DNA from: Macrostomum lignano
Lineage: Eukaryota
Assembly (NCBI GenBank): GCA_002269645.1
Contig: NIVC01002299.1
Location: 121,706-185,705, forward strand
Length of the DNA: 64,000 bases
Direction of reading: 5' to 3'
The notes beneath the pieces were generated by a model. It ran no database searches. It was not told the origin of the DNA and was given only the letters and a program-made list of their open reading frames with translations. The translations under genes were made by a program, and so were the position numbers. Shown here one piece after another: positions 48,256-60,774 of this stretch. Within the stretch, counting starts at the first letter, position 1. Every line of letters begins with the position of its first letter.

Positions 48256-48994
48256 TCCTGTCTTGCTTTCCAGTGACTAAGACAACACGTTTTGCTTTTC
48301 TTGACCGAATCGAGGAAACGGCGGGCGAAGGGGAAATTGCCCGCAATCGCTTGTATTTATAGTCTCAAAAAAGGGGGAGGTGGGGTGCGCGGGTCGTGAA
48401 TAAACAAATTTCTTTATAGCGGTTTAACAAAATAATTTTCCCGAATAAAACAAACCCATTAAAACAAAGATTTCGTTCTAACATAAATGCGTTGTTAAGC
48501 GTAGTTTGGCGGAAATTTAAAATCATGGTTACGTGAATATTAAACACATCGGGCCTGCCTCACTTTTCTACAGTATATAGTGTTTCAACATTTTATATTG
48601 AGTTGAAAGTTTTTTTGCACTGAATAAATTATAATTTAGATGAAACTCAATTAGCTCTTTAGTCTTACTCCTTTAATTAAATAATAATTTAATCATTAGA
48701 TTAAAACAGCGGACGGAACACTCGCCGATTGTGGAAAAAAGTTTAAAAGGCATGTTACAGCATAGCACGCGCATTTTCATGCAAAAATGAAGCAAAACAA
48801 GCAGTTTTTGTTCCTTTCTGCTGTTAAATGCATTCTATGGGTCACATTGTAGACCAAATGCATTTGTCTCAAGAATTGCTGTCTTCATAATTTTATCCTG
48901 CTTGTCGAAGTAAGACATCATCCGAAAGGAATGTCTTATTGTCTAGTAAAAGAGAACGAAGAAATTGACTACTCAGATTCAGCATGACAGTAGA

Positions 48995-51900
48995 CGCCCA
49001 GTGGCAAAGCCGAGCTCGGCCCGAGCTCGGTCCGCCGAGATCGGGCCGAGCTCGGCGGGTTGACGGCGGTTCTAGCTCGGGCCGAGGTCGGCTGACCGCG
49101 GTAATGCCGAGTAGCTTTGCACTATACTTTCTATTTAGCTTATTATAAAGCTTATATTGCTTCTTACAGATTGACTACATGTAGGTGGTGCCACTTTCAC
49201 TTTCTATAGACTTGTACTGTACATGTAAAATTCGGTATTACATGAAAAAGAAAAGGTGAATGGGAAAACGACACGACACGAATTGAAACCATCGAGTTAA
49301 AGATCCCATGTCATTTCTAGCATGTTAGTGCATTGCAGTGGTAATGTATATGAGCCTAGTTACGCTCGTATGGTGAGCCTCTAGTATAACTAGTTTAATT
49401 GATTTCCCCTCGAAATTAGATACATATCCACCAGACTCAGTTCTCTGACCCAACAACTATACAACCAACAACCATGTCCATTGTCCAGGATTAAATGATT
49501 GTGAAATAAGACAACGATTTAGAACTTAAAATAATTGAATTAAAAGAACACCGCAACAGTAAATCCATCACAAGCACACTAGTGTATTATTAAATGCTAA
49601 TAATGATACAAGATTAACTTTTCAACCAATAAGCAAGAAAACAAAGAGAAAAAGTAGCTAAACAGCTGAAAACAGAGGTTGAGTTAAGGGTTGCGATACG
49701 GATTTGGTTGAGCATTTATTAACATTATAAACTGTAAAGACTTCACTTTAGATTGTAGAACGAGACGCTTGATACGAGGAAAGCGACTGCAATTTATATT
49801 GTAAATATTGAGCACGATACATTGGGTGTAAGAGGCTTAAGGGTGGAGAGCAAGAGCGGCCAGAATGCAGAGCGCACATAAGAATGTACAGCGAAATATC
49901 GCAGAAGGGAGCACGCAGCGAAACTGGTAAAACACCACCTCAAAACACGGAGTAAAAAAAGCTAACAAAACAAACAATTTGCTCAGCCAAGTCACCACAC
50001 TCCTCCCACAAAGATTAAGCGTTGGATAAAAACGGGAATAAAAGACGCAAATCAGTTCACAGTCCATAGAGGAACAGTCCATAGTCACTGGTAGCGCAGC
50101 CGGTCAGGTTAAGCTCTTGCCCTGGTCGAACGTCAAAGTGGCGCCGCAGAGCTCAACTCTGGCGCCTGGCCAGGCGTCTCCGCAGGGGCCTCTGGTTGAT
50201 CGTCAGGCACCTCGGCAGCATAGCGGTTGCTCAACTCTGGAAGGCGCCGCAAGCACTTGATTGATGTGCCGATGGACCTCTCGACCATCGTCAAACTGGC
50301 AAGAGACACAGCCCTGGAGCAGTCGGTCAGAACAGCAGGCTTCCAGCTGCCATCAGCAGCAAAGTCCCTCGCAACGACTGCATTGCCCATCTCAATGCAG
50401 TGGTCATGGGCATGGGTGTTGTGCTGCTGCTTCTGCATCGCTTGTGGGGAGGCTTAGAATCTCACTCCATTTTCTTAGAGTGTTGTATCTAGAACATCAA
50501 GGGGGTTAGAAATGAAGCCATATGATGAAAAAGTAAAAAAAAACTGGAGTCAAATCATAAATGGAAAAACACAAAAATGATACCCAAATCTGGCCTGTAG
50601 AACAAAACTGATGCCAAATGTGGCATAGGGCCCTAGTATATAAAAATAGCATCAAGATCTAGTCTATAGTGCAAAAATAAAGTAAAAACCTATTATAGTA
50701 ATATAAGTATACCATAGTTATACTAAAAAGTCATTAGAAAAATAATATAGTATAATATGAATACTGTGAATCAATTCAAAAAAGTAAAAAAATGGCATAT
50801 TTAGCAAATTACATTAAATTGCCTGCCATAAAATGTACAATTGGCATTATATCCTGGCCTATAGTACATAAACAATGCCTTAAATTAACTGATTGTATGT
50901 AATTCATGATGGCATTGCCATAGACAAATGAACAAATAAGAAGCTTAAATATAAGAAGGATAAAAATATCATAGGAGCTTAAAAACCTGGCTTTATTTAG
51001 GCCATTTTAGATTTCAAATCACAGGATTTATGACCTAAGCTAGATATCATTCCTACAGTTAAGTTATGGTAACTCCTATTGCAATCCTATACTTTTCAAC
51101 ATTTTATCATGAAAATATGCTTTTTTTGTAGAAATTTATTCACTTTTAACTCCTAGATAACTATTTGATGGCCATTCTGAAAATAGCTGGTGAATTGCCA
51201 TCGTAATATGTCTTATTATTATTTATGAAAACATATTTCATACGCCTATTCATAAATTGTAAGCAAATCTCCATTAAACCCAAAAAGAAGCAAGTTTACA
51301 TTGCATTACAGTGTAGTTAACTTCAACTAGCTATAGTTCAATTAGTTTTGGCTTAACTGTAAGACTAAGTATGTCTCCTGAATTTTTGCTGAAACATCTA
51401 AATGCTTCCAAAGAACGTGTAATAAAAATAATAGAAGCTAAATGAATTGCCACGTTAAAAAGAGCCAGACACTGTTTACAATTGACCATGATACGTCGAC
51501 TACATGGGAGCAATATATTCAAATGAATGGCAAAAAAATGAGCAATAATTGCGCCTTAAGTAAATTCTGAAGCAGTTTATTCTTTATTTTTATTTTTACT
51601 AACGAAGCTATGTTCTTTTATTTGGTAAATTACTCATTATTATAATTGTTAAAATCCAGTACTTCGAATTTTCCGTACCTATAACGCTTGCACTTCATGG
51701 TCGTCTCGAAGGAAAATAAATCCATAAAAGTCAAATCGCCTACTAAACGAGGAAACTAATTCAGTAAAAACAGAATTAGTATGTATAAAAAGCACATTGC
51801 ACTACTTTGGTGGATCAAAAGTGCTGTATGATTGCGTTGTTTTTGTTTATTGCAAAAGAGTCACTTTTTCAGTGTAAATTATTCATCTATATTTATGCGG

Positions 51901-52105
51901 TGTTCTTTTTTAATCATATCGAATTGATTATCGTAGGTAAATTCTGCTTAATTGATAAACACTTTTAATCGGTTAACGGCGCGGCACCCCGAGGTTCTCC
52001 CGAGTTCGGGCCGACGTCGGCTGGCCGACTTTAGCATGGCCGATCGAATGCCGAGTGGCCGACGTCGGCCCGAGCTCGGACCGAGCTCGGCTTTGCCACT
52101 GGGCG
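48995..52105. mobile_element. ~3.1-kb non-autonomous TIR element (CMC/EnSpm-like ends)
   Basis: Perfect TIR CGCCCAGTGGCAAAGCCGAGCTCGG; subterminal clusters of the CCGAGCTCGG palindrome; TSD reads either TAGA (4 bp) or CG (2 bp, with CCCAG...CTGGG ends). Confidence 0.85.
49827..50450 (-). mobile_element. Gypsy 3' fragment (integrase C-terminus, PPT, 173-bp LTR) inside the TIR element
   Basis: GNAVVARDF..WKPAV and DDGREVHRHINQVL (frameshifted); PPT GGGAGGAG 50000-50007; LTR TG...CA 49827-49999. Confidence 0.7.
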
Positions 52106-52464
52106 TAGACCGGCTGATATACTAAAAACTTTACTAAAAGCTAAAACTTTCTGCACAAATTCTACAGGTTCCAGCTACAGAGCGGGCACCAGGAATGAGC
52201 TCTTATAATACTAAAGTAAAGTCAGTTTTTGTTTAATACAAAATCAAGCTAGGATTTTTTGATATGACTATTTTACGCCCGATTCTTATCACCGGATCTC
52301 CTAGACCAAGGACTTCTAGAGCTAGCACCACTGGACTGGAAGCGAAAATAAAACGCTCCCCCAATTTTACGCTAGTGTGGCAAGGTAGAAATTTCGTTAA
52401 CAAAGCTAAAAAAGCTAGTTCTTTCGAGTTTGGGCACTGGGGATAGTGGACTGTGGGGAAGAGC

Positions 52465-52536
52465 CACAGACCAATAAAGTATAACAATAATAAGTAATAA
52501 TAATAAGTTATAATAAGTTATACTTATTGGTCTGTG
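52465..52536. mobile_element. 72-bp MITE with ~21-bp TIRs and a perfect 8-bp TSD (P- or hAT-type)
   Basis: CACAGACCAATAAAGTATAAC ... GTTATACTTATTGGTCTGTG flanked by GGAAGAGC at 52457-52464 and 52537-52544. Confidence 0.88.
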
Positions 52537-52784
52537 GGAAGAGCAGGGAAACAGACAAACGAATAGAAATGTACAGGGCTTGGGCACCAAGCTCATGACA
52601 CTGATATGTGCTCGTTGTATGCACAATTTAAGAAATTAGTCACCCTCCTAACCCCATTTCTTCTTTGCTTCTCTGCCAAGCACTGACAGAGTATATTATG
52701 CCTTGCACTGTGCAGGTTGCCCTTAAATCACAAACCCACACTGCTATCATTTCCAAGAGCCTGTTTCAGTACAAGCCTTAAATT

Positions 52785-54045
52785 CTGCATGCATGTTCAG
52801 CCTACGGATGCTCAACTCGAACAACCTGGAATCAGGAGTGAGCTTCCACAGCCTGCCTCTCCAAGACGCTGCTGTGCTGTTGAGAAATAGAAGCGAGCAA
52901 ACTTGAGAAGACTTTGAGCAGGAGAAGTTCTCCAAGATTTGCTGCTCTTTATTCCAATGACTTCATTGAAGCATCGGCAGATACCAACGTCATATGTAAT
53001 AAGAGAAGCGAGTCGCTATCAAGGAAGTGTGTGAAGCTTGGAGCGGTTCCATCCATCTTCCCGAATCGACGGAATGCTCCCATCTACTTGCTATTGGACA
53101 AGAAGGCACCGCGAGCAACCACAGTGTCAGTGACATTGTCTAAGCGCTTGGAGAGAGAGCTGGAATTGGAGTCTTTCTGGAAGCTGACTTCATTGCTGAG
53201 ACAGACCTTCAGGAGATCCAGCGCAAGCTGGAGCAGGAAGCAACCAGGCCAGCTGGATTTCAGACGACTATCCAAGGCCAGCTCTGCATCTATAAGCTAG
53301 AGGCAGCCAGTGTGCCGCGTTTCCTGCAACATTTGTCTGGCCGAAGACCTTTCCGTCACGTATGGAGCCAATGGACTGCCGCTAAAAGCAAGCATGTTCA
53401 GCGACCTACTGACTGGAGGAAAAGCTTTGACTCCCAGCCAGCTTGTGAATCTCATGTCGAGAATCAAGAATTGGACTGAAGATTCACGCAAGGCCGAGTC
53501 GACACGAGACTGAGGTCTCCAGTCTGCTGGATGCGGTGCAAGACCTCTTGGAGGAAGCAGAAGGGCTGACAGACAATCGGACTGTGAGCTTTGCCCTGGA
53601 GCAGCTGAAGCTGAGCAGGAAGCCATCATGCACCCGGAGGTACTCCAAGGATCTCCTTGTGTTCTCCTGCTTGATCTACTCCATCAGTGCCTCAGCATGC
53701 AATGGACAATGCTTAAGCAGGACGCCATCTGCCTCCCGTCTATAGCACGCCGAGGTCAATAACTGCAAGAGTTGGATCTTCAAGAAGTCTTGACAGTGAA
53801 GGCTTCCTTGCGCTGAGAGCTTCAAAGCTGTCACAGATGGAGAAGGTCGTGAATCTGGTCAACGACGAGATCTACATCGCAAGTAGGATTGAATCGGTGC
53901 CACCATTCACGGACGAATCAACAGGCCAGTCTGTGTTCCTGCTATTCGATCCGGTGCACAACTTGAAAAACGTCAAAAACTTTCCCTGTCGAGGAGTCTT
54001 CCATTCTCCATCCATCTCCGGCTCTTGTAATTGCAATTGTTCTTA
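52785..54045 (+). pseudogene. Decayed THAP-domain P-element-family transposase
   Basis: THAP hallmarks across frameshifts (CSAYGC, GVSFHSLP, DFI, GAVPSIF); RRYSKDLLVFS; FDPVHNLKNVKN matching the P-transposase DxxHxxKxxRN motif; large internal parts missing. Confidence 0.75.
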
Positions 54046-55339
54046 AACAAGTTTGCTCAGAGCCTGGCTCTAAATCAATATTTTTCTCTATTATTGCGAT
54101 ATATTCTCATTATGAAGTCTAAATAATCATGCTAGTAGCAGCAATGTTTCCAAAATATAATCGCTTTTGTATGCTGTTGGTGTTAAAGACTCGTAACAGC
54201 TCTCTGAGAGATAAAATGCCCCTTTTTACTCACACAATAGCTGGAACGGGTTGCCACACTAAGGTAAATGCGTGTGGGGAGCTTTCCGTCCAGTGATGCT
54301 ATTTTTAGGAGTCCCTGTCTCATCCAAGGAAATCTATAAATCTAAATTCCTCAATCTCTCTCCCCCCTCTCTCCTCCCTGGTTTTGCGATTTGAATTTTC
54401 GCATATTTCCTCGAGTCTACCAGGAATTCTGTCAGTCTATTCCGTACATTGGAGAACGAAGTGATAGCAAACCTTGGGCGGCAGGATGCGGGCAGAGAGA
54501 AGGGGGACAGGCCGACAGGGTCGCACGATCGGGTTAAGTGAGCAGCATTAATCTATCGCTGCGCCCTGGGACCTGAGGAACCGAGGGTGTAGGTCTGAGT
54601 CTGGTCCGAGTGGAAGATGAGAATTTGGGAGGAAGAGGAACAGGGTAATTCAGCAGCCTGCAATGCCAGAGGCAGAGGGGGTTTCTGCTTCATCCGCTAC
54701 ACTTCCTCTTCTCAGCTGCTGCGAGCGACCCCCTCCTGCGTTGTACCTTCCTCGTTCCTGGCTTTCGGCCGAAACCTCACCCAGCCCCTTTTCCCTCGTT
54801 TTCCTTGCAGATTTTCTCGCCCAAGCTCAGATCACACAGCTCCACGCTCTTTTCCTTGCTCCGACTCACACTCTGCAGAATATGGACCCGTCGCTCAATC
54901 TGTCCGTGAGTCCACCACCCCACACCAAGTCTGATCCTCTTCCTCCTCGCGTCCCTCTCCCCTGCCCTCCCAGTAATTTAGAGTCCGCCTGTGCACATGA
55001 CTGGGAAAGAGTGGAAGGATAGCTACATAGGGAAGAGGGGAAGAACTGCGGATAGGGAAACCAGGCAGTAGGGTTGTAAAGTTTGAAGCGCTTGGCTCTG
55101 GGATTTCTATCCCAGCCCGTTCCATCCCTGCCTTGCTGCCTCTCTCCCTCTCGCCCTATTCTTCCCACTTCACTTCAGTCGTCGTCTGCTCCCTGCCCTC
55201 CGTTGCCCGACCCGGTGCGTTTCTCTCTGTAGCTAGTGTACATTCGAGGGCTTTAGGCTTCCCGTCCACGTCTTGCTGAGTTGTCCTCCCTCTCGGCTTA
55301 CATGCGCGGACAGCCAACACCCCACCCATATAGTTACCC

Positions 55340-55360
55340 GACCTCTCTTCCTTTCCGCAG
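55340..55360 (+). promoter_or_regulatory. Probable 3' splice or trans-splice acceptor in the alpha-arrestin 5' UTR
   Basis: Polypyrimidine tract CTCTCTTCCTTTCCGCAG; no ATG between 55361 and the start codon at 55496. Confidence 0.5.
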
Positions 55361-55495
55361 CCACCGCAGCTAGTAGCAAGGCAAAGCCCAGTTTGTTAAA
55401 AGCGATCAAACAGCTGTGCGTTCAATAAATTCAACAGTACCAACTACCGCGGTGAGCAAATTATTATCTAGCAACTACTCAACAGTCTAGTCGGT

Positions 55496-56824
55496 ATGGG
55501 AAAACTGGACATTTTTGAGATTAAGCTGGAGGCTGGAGGTCCCTTCCTGTCTGGCGGAGTAATCAACGGCGACGTCCTGCTACGCCTGAAGAAAGACATC
55601 GACATTGCCCGCGTAGCTGTGTACCTGTACGGCGGTGGCCAGGTAGAATTCGTTGACGGCTCCGGCGGCAACGCGGCATCGTCATCCCGGCCAACTTACG
55701 AGGATCACGAGACGTACGTTCGCCTGGCCCAGATTGTGTACTCAAAGAACAGCTCGCACCAGACAGGGCCGCTGCGCCGCATCTGTCGCAACGAGCTGTA
55801 CAAGTTCAAGTTCGAGTTCCGCCTGCCGGCCGACCTGCCCAGCTCATTCATGACCGTAGTGTTCTACAAACTGACCGCTTTCCTGGACTGCGGCGGTAAA
55901 AGCCACGAGACCACTGTGCCCATTGTGGTGATTAACGATCTGGACCTAAACCGCTATCGCGGCCGTGTAGCCCTAGCCGAGCCTATCGACGTTTGGTCGC
56001 CAGCCCGGTCCCGCTCCGACACCGGCCTGATCTCCGCCCGCCTGGTAGCCAACAAGCGCGGCTACGCCATCGGCGAGACTCTGACAATGCAGGTCGAGAT
56101 CTACAATAATTCGCGAGCCAAACTCGAGAACATCAACGCCTGTCTGGTGCAGAAAGGCGTGATGAAGGCCTACGGAGCCGGCGGTCTCCAGCTGCGCCGG
56201 GTTCAGCGACTGCTGGTGAAGAACCTGTGCCTGGGCAGGCTGCGCAACGCCGAAAGACTGCTTGTTGATGACGCTAAGCTGGCGCTGCCGTGGCTGGTCA
56301 CCAGCGAGGTGGAGCGCAGCAGCCGGCTGATTGAGATTGAGTACTACCTGCAGCTGACCAGCAGCACGCCGCTCATCTCGGCTGTGACCGGCGCCCCGCT
56401 ATCACAGATTGTCTGCGTGGGCCCCGACTATCGCAAGTCCGAGGTGGTGAGCGTGCTCGCCGAGGAGCAAATAGTCATTGGCATGCGGGCGTTGCGCGAG
56501 CCAGCGGTTGCTATGGAAACTGACCAACAACAGTCGCAGCAGCAGCAGCAGCAGCAGCAGCCAAATCAACCGCTGCAACAGCTGCAGCAGCAGCAGCAGC
56601 AGCTGTATCCCAGCATCAACGGAGCTGCCGGTGGTTCGGCTGTACCAACGGCGCCACCCCCGCCGCCGCCAGACGGCACCGACTTGACGATGTTCACCAT
56701 GATACCGTCCGCGCCGCCGAGCTACGACGAGGCAATCGGCGGAGGCGGCAACGGGCACCCTGAGAAGGTGCCGCTCAGCAGTCCGACAGACTCGGGCGAC
56801 TCGCCGGAAAGGGAGGCCAACTGA
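55496..56824 (+). CDS. Alpha-arrestin (arrestin domain-containing, ARRDC/TXNIP family), intronless CDS, 442 aa
   Basis: Arrestin_N-like (G.VINGDV.L, YKFKFEFRLPADLPSSF, YKLTA) and Arrestin_C-like (KRGYAIGETL.MQVEIYNNS, EYYLQL) segments; polyQ tail; C-terminal PPSY; GC-rich codon usage. Confidence 0.9.
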   Translation: MGKLDIFEIKLEAGGPFLSGGVINGDVLLRLKKDIDIARVAVYLYGGGQVEFVDGSGGNAASSSRPTYEDHETYVRLAQIVYSKNSSHQTGPLRRICRNELYKFKFEFRLPADLPSSFMTVVFYKLTAFLDCGGKSHETTVPIVVINDLDLNRYRGRVALAEPIDVWSPARSRSDTGLISARLVANKRGYAIGETLTMQVEIYNNSRAKLENINACLVQKGVMKAYGAGGLQLRRVQRLLVKNLCLGRLRNAERLLVDDAKLALPWLVTSEVERSSRLIEIEYYLQLTSSTPLISAVTGAPLSQIVCVGPDYRKSEVVSVLAEEQIVIGMRALREPAVAMETDQQQSQQQQQQQQPNQPLQQLQQQQQQLYPSINGAAGGSAVPTAPPPPPPDGTDLTMFTMIPSAPPSYDEAIGGGGNGHPEKVPLSSPTDSGDSPEREAN

Positions 56825-58049
56825 CGGATACGCGGTTACTCAAAGTTTAAACGCCACGTACAAACTTGTACAGAAGTGTTCCATCGATTCATTGATCCAA
56901 CAAGCTCTTCTTTGCTTTCTGCGATTTGTTTGTAACTGTCGGAGCCAGTCAGTACGGACTGTTGTGAAGTACAGCGGCGCACTGTTAGTTTATGCTCATT
57001 CAAGGTCCAACTCACTTCATCATTTTTTATAGAAAAGGAAGCTGTATTCGAGAAAAACCAACCTGCATTCATTAATTTAACAGATTTTTCCGACCCAGAG
57101 TCGTTAGCAAACTGTCACACCTGCCCGAGTCCTTATGCGTTATTGTAGTGCCCAGAGTGTATGCACCCTCCTGTGTCCTGACAGTGCACTTTGTAAAATA
57201 CTGTTCATAATATTGCTAATAATGCTATTCTACACAAAAGTTTACCAGAGTATTCCGCGTTTCTTCGAATCTTCTTAGCGGAGGTTTTACCCAAACGAAA
57301 TTTCCTATAGCTGCGCACGCCTTTGCACTTATCAATGTGAAATTATAAATATTCCTCTCGAATCATCGATCGCATGTTAGCGGCACATTCGCTCTAGGCA
57401 GAGCTCTACACAGCCTCTGGCTGATGTGGGGCTTGTGGTCTTTCATTTCCCAGCCTCCACGCGCACACAAACACAGAAAGTGCACTGCACGAGACTCAAG
57501 CTTAGGCCCTCGCTGCAAACTCAATTCGTGTTTTTAGTTCTTGTTTGATCCGCACCAACTCGCTTCTCGCTCCCCAAGTCGAATTGCATGGCGGCACAGT
57601 TATAACCTCTCGCACTATTAGAAAAAACTGTTTATTAAAGTTTATTATTTGTCTTTATACCGCTGCGATTATTATAATACTATATACGACATAAGTGCGG
57701 ACTTCCTGCGCTCGGTTGCAGATAGCGTTCAGATCCTTCTGATATGCTTGGGATAACAATACGATCGGAGTGTTTTGTGCAGTTCTTATTTATGACAAAA
57801 CTGAATGGATTTCCTAGAAAGTCATGTCAATCCAGTGAGCCACAGGCAGTCCTTAACGAATCGAGCTTGCCACTTGCCAATGTAGGCCGGCAAGCCAAAA
57901 AGATTGATGAGGCGAAGTTGATTTGCATGCATGCTTCTCTTTTCTCTCCACTCGTTTCACTCTCAATTGGGCGGCACGCTCTGAGACCTTCCGCCTCCTA
58001 CCTCGCTGTATGCAGCCGCCGTAGCAGGAGCAGCAGCAGGAGCCCTAGG

Positions 58050-58722
58050 CCAGACCAGCCCCAACCCCGATCTGACGATAGCGACAGACAGCCTGAGCGC
58101 CATCATGGCACTGAGTGCCGGACCACTCGACCAGTCCGACTCAGTTGCCGCCGACTGCTGGGACCGGCTCAGCGACCTCCAAAGAGCCGGCATCAAGACC
58201 AAATTCATCTGGGTCCCGGCTCACTGCGGCGTGTCCGGCAACGAAGCCGCGGACGAGGCGGCCAACCGAGCTGCTGCCCTGGACCAAAGCCGCGCGCCAA
58301 TTCAACTCAGCGCCGCCAAGGCAGCCATCCGCCGCTGCAGACGCGCGCTCGACACCGCCGCCACGGGACCGGCCTGGCCTCCCGCAACGGACCTGCCTAG
58401 GAAGCAGCAGGTGCTCATCAACCAACTCCGGGCGGGGGGCAGCATCATCAACGGTACCACCCGTCACCGCATGGGACTCGACCCGTCGCCCCTCTGCCCC
58501 GACTGCGGCGCGGAGAACACCGTCGACCACCTAATACACCACTGCCCGCGCGGGGACGGATGGAGAGCACTCAGCGGCACGCCGGCCTGGGACCTGATGG
58601 GGAACCCGACGGCCTTACTTGGACTGCTGCGCAGGATGGGGCGCCTCTAACAGGGGCCGCCCCCGGCCACATCGACCCCGTCGAACCGGCCGCGTCTGGA
58701 AGAAGAAAGAAAGAAAGAAAGA
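58050..58722 (+). mobile_element. 5'-truncated RNase H-bearing LINE (I/R1/Tad-type group) with a 12-bp TSD
   Basis: DSLSA, KFIWVPAHCGVSGNEAADEAA (RNase H), CPDC....TVDHLIHHC knuckle, TAA at 58650, (GAAA)n tail; TSD AGGAGCCCTAGG at 58038-58049 and 58723-58734. Confidence 0.9.
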
Positions 58723-58809
58723 AGGAGCCCTAGGTTTGTCCCGGGAGCGTCCAGAGAAGACGGTGCACACCTGCCTGCCATTTTTGAGAGGATGGGCTTT
58801 TGGAGACAA

Positions 58810-59120
58810 TGTCTGGAGAGAGCTTTTTAACCTCAATGGCCAGATAGAGAATCCAGCTCATGGCTGCGGACAAGATGAGAGAGGAAAGGAGAGGGAATAG
58901 AGGATGAGAGATGAGAGAAGGAGAAGAGAGGCAAGAGATGGCATGAGAGAAAAGGTAAGAGGAGAGGAGAGGAGAGAGGGCATAGAGGGTAGAGAAGAGA
59001 GCTGAGAAAGAGACACAAACCTTGAGCTGGCCGGATTGCTATTGGGAAGTTTCAATGGACCCGTGGGCCGGATAGAGAGGCTTTGCGAGCCGCATGTGGA
59101 CCTGAGTTTGCTGACCCCTG
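58810..59120 (+). mobile_element. hAT/Charlie-like MITE, shortest copy (GA core ~160 bp)
   Basis: 5' part GGCCAGATAGAGAATCCAGCTCATGGCTGCGG; 3' end GCCGCATGTGG...GTTTGCTGACCCCTG followed by CTCTA. Confidence 0.65.
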
Positions 59121-59444
59121 CTCTACACTGTGCATTTAATCTCTCACGATCATTCTGAACTATCTGATCCTTTGCTGCAGAGCGATACTATCAAGAGAAA
59201 CACTTTAAATTGATAAATATGGTAATTGACTGCAAAATAAATCATGTTATAACGAATGGAAACTATTTTTAGTTGCCTACTAATGAGTAGCAAAAAGCGC
59301 TTGAAAAGAAGAAATTTTAATCTGAATCTGGTCAAATAATTCAGTTAGTCATAGTCAATAATGAACCATTTAATTGCTATTAATATGATAGAACTGGCTC
59401 AAATTATAACGAGAAATACATGAGTTATTTGTTAGCTATCATGA

Positions 59445-59910
59445 GATAAGTCCTTACAGTCTGACACCGATCATGAGATTAGTCATTACAGTCTGACACC
59501 GATTATGAGATGAGTCATTACAGTCTGACACCGATTATGAGATGAGTCATTACAGTCTGACACCGATCATGAGATGAGTCATTACAGTTTGACACCGATT
59601 ATGAGATGAGTCATTACAGTTTGACACCGATTATGAGATGAGTCATTACAGTCTGACACCGATTATGAGATGAGTCATTACAGTTTGACACCGATTATGA
59701 GATGAGTCATTACAGTCTGACACCGATCATGAGATGAGTCATTACAGTTTGACACCGATCATGAGATGAGTCATTACAGTTTGACACCGATTATGAGATG
59801 AGTCATTACAGTCTGACACCGATCATGAGATGAGTCATTACAGTTTGACACCAATTATGAGATGAGTCATTACAGTCTGAAACAGATCATGAGATGAGTC
59901 ATTACAGTTT
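59445..59910. repeat. 32-bp minisatellite AGTCATTACAGT(C/T)TGACACCGAT(T/C)ATGAGATG
   Basis: Direct reading. Confidence 0.96.
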
Positions 59911-60774
59911 ATTCACATCTCATGCCTTTTCAAGCCTCAATAAGATATCTTTTAGCATTTATTCAGCTTCAAAGTTACATTTGTCAAAATTTGAAAAAGT
60001 GAAAAAGTCGAGTTTCTCCAATGTTCACCAATGTTTACCAATGTTTCTCCAGGGCAATCGAGTTTAAATATTTCATATGTGTTTTGATTCAATCAAATCA
60101 CAAAACGATGTCACAAACAAATTTAAGAAATCGGCGTAGATCCCGATACGAGCTATGCTTTCCAAGATGTCAACGTGGACGTAATATATATGAAACTGCT
60201 CGTAAAAGGTTATATTGGAATATTGGTTAAACAATGGCTAATTTCATTTTGACAACTTGGATGGTGCAAAAGGTTCTAATAGTATGCCAATGAGCTTAAA
60301 TTAACCAGCTAATAACGGACAGTAATCACGGGCAAACGACATACTTATTTTAAAGTGTTATAATAATTAAATATTTAATTTCGGTTTTACGCTCGTATTG
60401 CCGTAAAAATAATATTTTAATTATCAGTGCTACCCTGAACTACTTACAATACTCTTAGTAGTATTGCAAGCATTGCAGCAGTAGGCAATGTAAAGTTGAG
60501 GAGTGACCATGTCATCATGAGAAAATCTTAGAAAATTGGATAATCAAGGTTAGCAAGGAATTATCTAGCATATATAAATAGAAAGGATGGAACAGCACTA
60601 AATAAAATAGCGATAAAAGTAGCTTGAACAGAGCTCCAGAACTAGAAAAATTGCTGAAATTCTATTGACATTGTACGTCATGTCATTTGACAGTTCCGCC
60701 TTTTTTCAAGCTATCAACTCCAAAACCCCCTGGTGCGCACTAACATTCTCTTATAACCGACTGAATACTCACCC

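Noticed and set aside
51331-51560. Possible EnSpm transposase fragment inside the 3.1-kb TIR element
   Set aside because: Similarity limited to a few hydrophobic residues
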